From positions 1 to 32,000 of the forward strand of contig NZ_CP043316.1 in assembly GCF_008189405.1 (NCBI RefSeq): 32,000 nt of DNA, read 5' to 3'. Under the pieces are notes generated by a model. The model was not told where the DNA came from. It saw nothing but the letters and a program-made list of their open reading frames with translations, and made no database searches. Each line of letters begins with the position of its first letter. The first letter of the stretch is position 1. Source of the DNA: Candidatus Saccharimonadota bacterium (GTDB taxonomy: Bacteria; Pseudomonadota; Alphaproteobacteria; CAJXXZ01; 1604HC). Both the position numbers and the translations under genes were made by a program. Shown here piece after piece: positions 17,792-25,071 of this stretch.

Positions 17792-17877
17792 CAGATAGAG
17801 TGGGATTCGAACCCACGAGATGAAAAACATCTGCCGGTTTTCAAGACCGGTGCTTTCGACCACTCAGCCATCTATCC
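17792..17877 (-). tRNA. tRNA-Ser (anticodon UGA), 86 nt, CCA not encoded
   Basis: The reverse complement is GGATAGA TG GCTG AGTGGTCGAA AGC A CCGGT CTTGAAA ACCGG CAGATGTTTTTCATCTC GTGGG TTCGAAT CCCAC TCTATCT G. It has a 7-bp acceptor stem (G1-U72 wobble), a 5-bp anticodon stem, anticodon TGA, a long variable arm (GATG/CATC stem) and a canonical TTCGAAT T-loop. Confidence 0.9.
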
Positions 17878-17919
17878 AACATCTATAATAGCAGAAAAAC
17901 ATATGATATTGTAAGAGGT

Positions 17920-18588
17920 ATGTTTATTTATTATTTGAGATCAATCGCTTTTATGTCTGTTTTCTATGCATTCTCAACCATATATTTTATCGTAGGGTTG
18001 CCTGTTTTAGTTAGTGATATGTTGACGTATAAATATGTAAAAGCCTGGGCACGCATTATAATTTTTATTTTGCGTTTATTTGGAGTAAGAAGCTCAGTTC
18101 TTAATGGCAATGCAGTTTCTACAGGAGCTGCTATTGTTTGTCCAAATCATCAATCTTATTATGAAATCATATTGGTTTTTGCATCGTTAAGAAAATCTGT
18201 GTTTATAATGAAATCAAGTATTATGAATATTCCAATATTCAATTTATACTTTAAAAAAATGGGAATGATCCCTGTGGATAGGAGTAAGTTTAATAAAAAC
18301 TGGCAGGCTTTAGCTGAAGAAGAGCTAAAGAAAGGCAAGCAAGTTGTGATTTTTCCTGAAGGGACTCGTGTTCCAATAGGGGGCAAAGTTTCTTATAAGC
18401 CTGGAGCTTTCAGATTAGCAAAAAATTTAAATATGAAAATATATCCTGTTAGTACAAATTCAGGTGAAATATGGAAAGGGCCAGGGTTTATTAAAAAAAC
18501 TGGTGATATATATATTCATTTTCATGAAGCAGTGGATCCAGATCCAGATTTAGTAAGAGAAAAGATCGAAAGTGTTGCTCTGAAATAA
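17920..18588 (+). CDS. plsC: 1-acyl-sn-glycerol-3-phosphate acyltransferase (PlsC family)
   Basis: N-terminal hydrophobic anchor. Acyltransferase block I is NHQSYYE (an HX4E variant of HX4D). Block III is FPEGTR. Length 222 aa. Confidence 0.8.
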   Translation: MFIYYLRSIAFMSVFYAFSTIYFIVGLPVLVSDMLTYKYVKAWARIIIFILRLFGVRSSVLNGNAVSTGAAIVCPNHQSYYEIILVFASLRKSVFIMKSSIMNIPIFNLYFKKMGMIPVDRSKFNKNWQALAEEELKKGKQVVIFPEGTRVPIGGKVSYKPGAFRLAKNLNMKIYPVSTNSGEIWKGPGFIKKTGDIYIHFHEAVDPDPDLVREKIESVALK

Positions 18589-19187
18589 TATGACTTCAAT
18601 ATATTAATTTAAATAGATCAAATGTATTTCAAGTAGCTATTGAATAGGCATTAGGCTGGGAATTAATAATATGCATTTAGCAAGTTTTATAGTGGATAAT
18701 ATCTAGTCAATTTTCGGATATAGATTTTGTTTGTTAGAGTATTGATAATTCTCGTTTATAAGGTTGTTATAGGGTAGCAAATTAGTGTTTGTAATATGCT
18801 TAATGTTGCTTACTTATTATTTATATATTCTTGATTTTAAAATATATCTGTCATAAACCAAGAAGTGAATCTAATACAGCATGCTTTTAACATATCACGG
18901 ATCATCTTGTTTATATAAATGCTATTTTAGATGTTGCTTCATGTTTAATTTTGCAAGTATTAGTAGGAATAATATGGACCAACCAAGTTATAATATGAAA
19001 GTAACTTTGTGGTATAAAAACTTGACTCTTTTATTAACAGAATTTGATTTTGTATTAGTAGGTTTTATGATTATATCAGTAAGCTAAGAATTAATAGCTT
19101 TTGACTATTAGTAAATTTTGATCTTTATAATAATTCAGAAGATAATATATTACGAAGTAATGGAGTGATTTAAGAGTGAGGTTGAAT

Positions 19188-20639
19188 TTACTTATTTACA
19201 TTAATCATGGTTTGAGATAACTTGCGTAATGACCAGAACCATAATAGAAATATAAAACATAAAATTATGCCTAGATATGGGAAGATTTTTAATTGTGAAG
19301 AATTAGGAATTAATATCAAAAGCAATGCCTGCACCTGACCACTTAATGATTTTGACAACCTACTTCCAGCAACATCAACAGCAGCTTTGCCCTTTGTTTT
19401 AATTTCATCACTTAATGACATATAAGCCATTTCTTTTGTTTGATCAAAAAATACATATTTACCACTTTTGCTTAGAACATTATGGGCAATACCAACAAAA
19501 ACACATATAGCAATGATAGATATTCCAAAAATATATTTTATACCATAATACTGTATCCCTATAAATGTAAGAAATAGCAATGAAGTAAATCCAGCAAAGA
19601 TAGGTGTAATCATTGCACAAGACAGCCAGCTATAGCGCTGGAACAAGATATTGGATAAAAATCCAAGTGCGATAGTTGTATACCCTACTATTTGATTAAT
19701 AGTTCCTATATATAGGATAAAATTAGACTTATTATATGCAAATTTCCTTAATTGTGCTTTCCAAGTTGTTTCAACAATATTAATGCTGAAATTATAACAA
19801 AATACTAAAAGCATGATGTACATAACTTGTTTTTGTTTGAAAATCACTTTGAAGCTCGACATCAAAGATAATTTGGATTTTTTGACAGTGTATTTCACAT
19901 TATCATGCGCAACATATTTTGTGATTAGGAAATATAAGCCTATTATGCATATATTACATATCACTGTAATAAATAAAATCCACTTCAATTGTGAGTCAAA
20001 TAATGAATCATGAATTATATTCCTATTTAATTTAACAGAGCTTCTTTCCAAGTGAAATATAGTTTTCACTGTATACCCTGCAAATATCAAGCCTAAATAT
20101 CCTATAATTGCAAATGACCCATAAAAACGTCTACTATCTTCTTTAGAAACAATTTGGTTAGCAAACTGCCAGAAAAGCAAGCTTAAACACATGCTGCACC
20201 ATAAATCAGCAAAAGAATAAAACAATGAATAGGTCCATAACCCGTAAATTGGCATAACCCACTTTAGGCGTGGGTATAATAATTTCAAATACTCGATATG
20301 ATCAGGAGATGGATGTAAAAGCTCCTTATTTGGATATAAGTACAATGTGAATATTAGGAAGAATAATGTGAAAAATCCAATGACATAATAAAATATAACT
20401 CGATTATCTACCCAATTACACGCTTTGCTATATAAGAATACAAACAAGAAAGATAAGGGCACAACTATAAAGATCTTCAGGAAATTTACAACCTCAGCTC
20501 CAGAATTTTTATCAGCTATCATTAATGTATCTTTTAATGTTTTGAAGATTGAAGTATTAAATAAAATCAACAGCATTAATAAAGATATAGGAACAAAAAG
20601 TTTTAATTCTGATTTTTTGATTGGGAATAGAAGTTTCAT
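19188..20639 (-). CDS. tlc: ATP/ADP (nucleotide) translocase, TLC/NTT family
   Basis: The N-terminus MKLLFPIKKSELKLFVPISLLMLLILFNTSIFKTLKDTLMI matches the FPI.RSELKKF.P....F.ILFNY...R..KD.L start of rickettsial/chlamydial Tlc proteins. About 12 hydrophobic segments, roughly 480 aa. The track start of 20681 adds 14 residues; ATG 20639 (MKLLFPIK) is more likely. Confidence 0.9.
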   Translation of the reverse strand: MKLLFPIKKSELKLFVPISLLMLLILFNTSIFKTLKDTLMIADKNSGAEVVNFLKIFIVVPLSFLFVFLYSKACNWVDNRVIFYYVIGFFTLFFLIFTLYLYPNKELLHPSPDHIEYLKLLYPRLKWVMPIYGLWTYSLFYSFADLWCSMCLSLLFWQFANQIVSKEDSRRFYGSFAIIGYLGLIFAGYTVKTIFHLERSSVKLNRNIIHDSLFDSQLKWILFITVICNICIIGLYFLITKYVAHDNVKYTVKKSKLSLMSSFKVIFKQKQVMYIMLLVFCYNFSINIVETTWKAQLRKFAYNKSNFILYIGTINQIVGYTTIALGFLSNILFQRYSWLSCAMITPIFAGFTSLLFLTFIGIQYYGIKYIFGISIIAICVFVGIAHNVLSKSGKYVFFDQTKEMAYMSLSDEIKTKGKAAVDVAGSRLSKSLSGQVQALLLILIPNSSQLKIFPYLGIILCFIFLLWFWSLRKLSQTMINVNK

Positions 20640-20703
20640 ACTGCATTTTATTCTCTGTAAAAAAGTGAACAATGTTAACATAAACTATATTATAATTCTT
20701 AAC

Positions 20704-20715
20704 AACAAATTTGTT
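20704..20715. promoter_or_regulatory. Perfect 12-bp palindrome in the divergent tlc/mipZ spacer
   Basis: aacaaatttgtt is its own reverse complement. It lies between the tlc start (20639) and the mipZ start (20774). Operator function is speculative in DNA this AT-rich. Confidence 0.2.
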
Positions 20716-20773
20716 TTTTGCAACCCCTTCATCAAGATCATCAATTACATTATAATCGGGTGATAAGGTAAAA

Positions 20774-21496
20774 ATGAAAATAATCGCGATCAGTAACATA
20801 AAAGGTGGAACAGGTAAATCTACAATATCTGCAAATCTCATCACAGCTTTAAGTGAAAATGGGCATAAAGTTTTTGCTATAGATATAGATAACCCGCAAT
20901 ATACACTGCATAATTACTTCAAGAATAGATCAGATGCTTTGAAGAATAAATTTGAATATATAAAATTAGACAACATTGATAATCTACAACAAGTGATTTC
21001 TGAAAATCAGCATTATGACTATATTATTATAGATACTCCTGGAAATATTAATGATTCAACTAAGAAACTTTATGGTTTTATTGATATATTTCTTACTCCT
21101 GTGAGTGATAGTAGGCTTGATCTGGATGTGATTGGTCAATTTGACCCTAAGGATGAAAAATTTACTCCAGGGTGTTATGCAAGTATGATCTGGGAAGTAA
21201 GGAAGCATAAATTAATTAATAAGCGAAAGCAATTAGAATGGATTGTTATTCCAAACAAGTTAAATGTAAGGGTTACAAACAACCAAAGAAAAGTATTATT
21301 ATTATTGCAGAAGATGCAGAAAACTCTTGGGTTTACATTATGTCCAGGGGTGAAAGATCGAGTAGTATTTAAAGAGTTATTTAATAATGGTAGGACTGTA
21401 TTTGACTTGCCTAAATCCAAACTAACAATATCTAGCATTGCTGCTAAAAATGAGATTAGATCTATAGTATTTAAATTAAATAGCATGAATAATTGA
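20774..21496 (+). CDS. mipZ: MipZ-type ParA-like division-site positioning ATPase (240 aa)
   Basis: Deviant Walker A NIKGGTGKST. IDIDNPQYTLHNYFKNR compares with Caulobacter MipZ IDLDLRQRTSARFFENR. TPVSDSRLDLDVIGQFDP compares with TPMNDSFVDFDMLGTVDP. WIVIPNKL and GFTLCPGVKDRVVFKELF compare with WVVLRNRL and GFRIGPGLRDRVIYRELF. The MipZ sequence is recalled from memory. Confidence 0.8.
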   Translation: MKIIAISNIKGGTGKSTISANLITALSENGHKVFAIDIDNPQYTLHNYFKNRSDALKNKFEYIKLDNIDNLQQVISENQHYDYIIIDTPGNINDSTKKLYGFIDIFLTPVSDSRLDLDVIGQFDPKDEKFTPGCYASMIWEVRKHKLINKRKQLEWIVIPNKLNVRVTNNQRKVLLLLQKMQKTLGFTLCPGVKDRVVFKELFNNGRTVFDLPKSKLTISSIAAKNEIRSIVFKLNSMNN

Positions 21497-21643
21497 AGTA
21501 GTTTAAACTGCAGTGATTTAAAGTTGAGCGTGTACTTAATTTTAAACATGTTATTCAGAGCATTTTTAATTCAGAAAACATTTTTTTTGATTTATGCATA
21601 ATATTCTTAAAGTTGTAATTTTAATGTTGCGAGTATGATTTTT

Positions 21644-22075
21644 TCAATATTTCAATTTAGTACGCTCAACTTCTCTTCGTAAATCTCTTTCTTTGATAGT
21701 TTTGCGCTTATCAAATTTCTTCTTTCCTTCTGCTATTCCTATTTCAATTTTGGCTAATCCTCTTACGAAATATAGCTTTAATGGAACTAATGTTAGTCCT
21801 TTTTCTTTGATCTTTCCAATTAATGACCTGATTTGTTTTTTCTTAAGGAGTAATTTTCGATTGCGAGTAGTGTCATATTCAATAGTGGAATTTTTATATA
21901 TAGGTATAAACATATTCATTAACCATGCTTCATTATCGTGTAGCATAACATGCCCCCTTACTATATCTCCCATTCCATTTCTAATAGCCTTTACTTCTCC
22001 TCCTAATAGTACTAGCCCAGCTTCAAAAGAGTTTAAGATTGTGTAGTCGAATCTGGCTTTACGGTTTAACAGCAT
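21644..22075 (-). CDS. smpB: SsrA-binding protein SmpB
   Basis: NRKARFDYTILNSFEAGLVLLGGEVKAIR, YDTTRNRKLLLKKKQI and GLTLVPLKLYF are typical SmpB blocks. The start overlaps the dapA stop by 10 nt. Confidence 0.9.
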   Translation of the reverse strand: MLLNRKARFDYTILNSFEAGLVLLGGEVKAIRNGMGDIVRGHVMLHDNEAWLMNMFIPIYKNSTIEYDTTRNRKLLLKKKQIRSLIGKIKEKGLTLVPLKLYFVRGLAKIEIGIAEGKKKFDKRKTIKERDLRREVERTKLKY

Positions 22076-23034
22076 AGTGATTGTACTTTCGCGAATACAT
22101 TTTCAAGTTGTGTGTCAATAATATGAAATCTGGTCTTATATGATTGTATTATGCCTGTTTTGTATAAATAGTATTTAATAAATAGGGGGCTTGGTACTGA
22201 AAATACTAGTTGCGAAATGTGTTTCCAAGTTTGTATGCGTTTTAATTGTAATGTTTGTTCTGATTGCAGAATTGAGTTTTGTGGAATGTTTTGTTTTTGT
22301 TCTTTATGGATCTGAGTATTGATAGCAGAAGGTTTGTTATGTGTTATATGATGAGATGATTCTATGGAAACTTTATGTGTGTTTTCTTGTGCTTCTCCCT
22401 GTATTTGAGCAAGCATTTGAGGACATATATTGCCAACTGCACTAATCATTCCTGTAAATCCTATATTCATAAAATCTTCTAGCTCATCATCATTGCCTCC
22501 AAACCACTGCCATTTTTTATATTTTGTAATATCTACTATGTTTCCAGATTCTTTGATTCCAATAATATTTTTTATTTTATATAATTCGTCGTATAATTCT
22601 GGGTCAATAATAGTAGAGAATCTTGAAGGATTATTATAAATAATTATATTTTTCTGGAGAAAATCATCTTGCTGTAATAAATTCGATGCTTTATGAAAAT
22701 AATCTAACTTAGACTGTAAATTCGGTTTAATAAAATATTGTGGGGATAGTAGAATTTTATCACAATAGCGGTATGTATTTGCATTATAGTGATATAAAGC
22801 CATTGATGAATAGCATCCAATCACATCTATATCAGGGAAATGGTTATTTATGTATTGTAGCATTTCAGATTTTTCAGTATCAGTGAGTAAAATTCCTTCT
22901 CCTGTTGTGCCACCTACTACGATTCCTTTAATATCATTTTGAATTAGGTGATTTATGAGTTTGTTTAAGGATGGAAAATCAATTTCTCCAGAATCTAAAA
23001 ATGGAGTGACAATGGCGACATAATTATTTTGCAT
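22066..23034 (-). CDS. dapA: 4-hydroxy-tetrahydrodipicolinate synthase DapA with an internal low-complexity insertion (322 aa)
   Basis: VAIVTPF block, GGTTGEG block, YNNPSRF (Tyr/Arg catalytic pair) and GIKES (Schiff-base Lys) are all present. A Q/H/N/S/E-rich stretch (residues about 213-262) interrupts the C-terminal helical region. Confidence 0.85.
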   Translation of the reverse strand: MQNNYVAIVTPFLDSGEIDFPSLNKLINHLIQNDIKGIVVGGTTGEGILLTDTEKSEMLQYINNHFPDIDVIGCYSSMALYHYNANTYRYCDKILLSPQYFIKPNLQSKLDYFHKASNLLQQDDFLQKNIIIYNNPSRFSTIIDPELYDELYKIKNIIGIKESGNIVDITKYKKWQWFGGNDDELEDFMNIGFTGMISAVGNICPQMLAQIQGEAQENTHKVSIESSHHITHNKPSAINTQIHKEQKQNIPQNSILQSEQTLQLKRIQTWKHISQLVFSVPSPLFIKYYLYKTGIIQSYKTRFHIIDTQLENVFAKVQSLCC

Positions 23035-23077
23035 AACAGTACTGTCTAACTTTTTGTTAATATTTTCAATAAGATTT

Positions 23078-24298
23078 TTAAGGTTTATATGATTTTGTAA
23101 TCAGAGTTTGGTATTTTGGCTTTGATAGTTTCATATTGCTTGCTGATTTTTTTATTACTTTATGATTTATTATTGGCTTAATTGTATTAATAGAATTAAT
23201 ATGATCTTCGAACTTTTCTGAAGTAATAATTGTACCGCTACGATGGTGGAAAAATAATTTTTTACTTGGCTGAGGATTAATTGATGCAATTAATGCTTCA
23301 TATCCAGGATTTGTGATTGGTGCTATTGGTAATTTATATTTGACATAAGTATTGTATGGAGACTGTATTTTTGTATCTTTTATCATTACTCTAGATATAT
23401 GGGTTTTGCCTTTAGTTATTGCATATGAAGCAGTTGAGTCAGCATCTAGTCTCATGTTCTTATCAAGTCTGTTACGAAATATTGTGGCAATCATGTGCAT
23501 TTCATCAAAATTTTTAGCTTCCTTCTGAACAATAGATGCAAATATAATCCAATTTTGTTTATTATTCCAATATTTTTGTTTAGATTTACTCCAGATTTGA
23601 TTAGTCATTTTTATAAAATCTCTATTCATTTTTCCTAACATATCATTGATATTAGTATTACGAGCATATATATATGTTCCTGGGGCTAATGTTCCTTCAT
23701 CAGGAATCTTTGATACTGTACCATTAAAATAAGTGGTTGTTTCTAAGATTTGGCATACTTGAAATGATGATAATCCTTCTGGGATTGTTATTTTCCTCAT
23801 GTAAAATTTGTGAAATATAATATGGTATATAAATTGTACAATATTCTTAGGATTATACTCGCCACTTTTTAAGTCAAATACTTTATTGCTAGATAAGATT
23901 AGCATCAATAATGGAGTGGTAAAATATGGCGCAGTAGAAGGTGATTTATATTGTTCATTATGCATATTGTGTGATTTACTATCATGCATATTCTGCAGTT
24001 GGTTTTTCTGAATGGATCTGCGGAAAACCAAAAATCTATCACTTATAGATGCTCCAGGTTTGATATATATAATATGGTGAATTGGTTGAAATAAAACGCA
24101 CATTACAGTTAGTAAAGCAAACACTTTAATAAAGTGCATTCTGAATGAACTAAAGTATAACTTGAAATATGATGCAGAATATTTATGAGATTTATAAGGT
24201 CGGCAAAGAATTGAGATTATACAGGTAACAAATAATGCATCTGTTATGTATGGTAAATACTGAATATACTTTATTGCACAGTTAGTTATATTAATCAT
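23078..24298 (-). CDS. mltG: Endolytic murein transglycosylase MltG (YceG family)
   Basis: ITIPEGLSSFQV block, ASIVQKEA (catalytic Glu region), DADSTASYA block and SPYNTYVKYKLPIAPITNPGYEALIASINP block. The single membrane anchor is MHFIKVFALLTVMCVLF, so ATG 24139 is a plausible alternative start to 24298. Confidence 0.85.
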   Translation of the reverse strand: MINITNCAIKYIQYLPYITDALFVTCIISILCRPYKSHKYSASYFKLYFSSFRMHFIKVFALLTVMCVLFQPIHHIIYIKPGASISDRFLVFRRSIQKNQLQNMHDSKSHNMHNEQYKSPSTAPYFTTPLLMLILSSNKVFDLKSGEYNPKNIVQFIYHIIFHKFYMRKITIPEGLSSFQVCQILETTTYFNGTVSKIPDEGTLAPGTYIYARNTNINDMLGKMNRDFIKMTNQIWSKSKQKYWNNKQNWIIFASIVQKEAKNFDEMHMIATIFRNRLDKNMRLDADSTASYAITKGKTHISRVMIKDTKIQSPYNTYVKYKLPIAPITNPGYEALIASINPQPSKKLFFHHRSGTIITSEKFEDHINSINTIKPIINHKVIKKSASNMKLSKPKYQTLITKSYKP

Positions 24299-24356
24299 AT
24301 TTATAATTATTGTTTAAGATAAATGTATTAAATTTAATATAAAATACTATTAGCTT

Positions 24357-25001
24357 TTAAACTCTCATTAATGCAGAGACAGATAATGTCCCCATACCTT
24401 TCTTGTTGAATGTCACTCTGTTCTTAATTGTATTAGACCCTTGCTTGAATAAATTAATCTGAGCTGGATGTAAGTATCTAACCTCTAATACCATGACTCC
24501 TAATCTGATTTGAGGTCCAATACCAATCATAGGTATCCATTGCCACTCTTTATGCTTTGTGTTTTTAGAGTCATCTGTCGATTCCATATATTGTCCATGA
24601 GGCCCTACAAAAAATAGAAGTCGAAATAATGAAAAATTCAATCCTGCCGCTCCCATCACTCCTAAAGTCCATGAGCTAGAATTTATCATATATTTAAGTG
24701 TTGATTGTTGAGTTTCAATGGTGTTTTTCTTTCTAAATGATCTGCTTGCATCAATACAAAATCCTGCAGAAAGCATGCCAGCGGAAAAAAAGCTTTCCAA
24801 TGATAATCCCATTACAAACCTACTTGAAAGTTTTCCTGTGTTTTTCTCTGCAATGATTACGTTTTTAATTTCTTTAATAGTGTCATTTAGTTTTCCTTTT
24901 AGTGTTATGGTGCTCATATCTAGGCCAATTCTAGGTCCTATATAAAATGATATAGAGTTAATTTGACTGATAAACATGAGAAATAAAATGATTTTACGCA
25001 T
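24357..25001 (-). CDS. Small outer-membrane beta-barrel protein (OmpW/OmpX/opacity-like, 214 aa)
   Basis: Signal peptide MRKIILFLMFISQINS. Alternating hydrophobic/polar strands (FYIGPRIGLDM, FVMGLSLESF, TLGVMGAAGLNF, PMIGIGPQIRLG, MVLEVRYLH). No exact family assignment is possible by eye. Confidence 0.55.
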   Translation of the reverse strand: MRKIILFLMFISQINSISFYIGPRIGLDMSTITLKGKLNDTIKEIKNVIIAEKNTGKLSSRFVMGLSLESFFSAGMLSAGFCIDASRSFRKKNTIETQQSTLKYMINSSSWTLGVMGAAGLNFSLFRLLFFVGPHGQYMESTDDSKNTKHKEWQWIPMIGIGPQIRLGVMVLEVRYLHPAQINLFKQGSNTIKNRVTFNKKGMGTLSVSALMRV

Positions 25002-25071
25002 AAACTAATTTTATTGATATTAATGAGAGATTGCAATGTATGTTATGAAAAAGTAGAATAAAAATAATAAA

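Noticed and set aside
17304-17919. An integrated mobile element or genomic island at tRNA-Ser.
   Set aside because: No integrase, transposase or phage-like ORF lies on either side; glmS and plsC flank the tRNA directly. Only the decayed tRNA-like repeats remain. They are reported as a finding rather than as a mobile element.
18691-18699. A near-consensus DnaA box, agtggataa.
   Set aside because: It is a single isolated 8-of-9 match. Similar isolated matches occur inside coding regions (3505-3513, 4703-4711, 14333-14341), so it is compatible with chance.
18881-19087. A 68-aa ORF in the plsC/tlc spacer.
   Set aside because: It has no ribosome-binding site that I can see, an odd Cys/Phe-rich composition and no family resemblance. 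I treat it as non-coding unless conservation is shown, and the spacer itself is reported as a finding.
20425-20844. ORFs 20425-20763 (+) and 20557-20844 (-) spanning the tlc 5' end, the tlc/mipZ spacer and the mipZ 5' end.
   Set aside because: They overlap the well-supported tlc and mipZ starts and read through the promoter spacer. Their sequences are low-complexity with no recognisable features.
21497-21643. A tmRNA (ssrA) gene next to smpB.
   Set aside because: The spacer downstream of smpB is only about 147 bp. It lacks a tRNA-like acceptor/T-arm (no GGTTCGA-type string) and a tag reading frame. Alphaproteobacterial tmRNA is two-piece and need not be linked to smpB.
21175-22046. Antisense ORFs 21175-21549 (-, 124 aa, opposite mipZ) and 21693-22046 (+, 117 aa, opposite smpB).
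   Set aside because: They are longer than the other shadow ORFs, but each is almost exactly co-extensive with a strongly supported gene on the other strand. I see no motifs, signal peptides or ribosome-binding sites.
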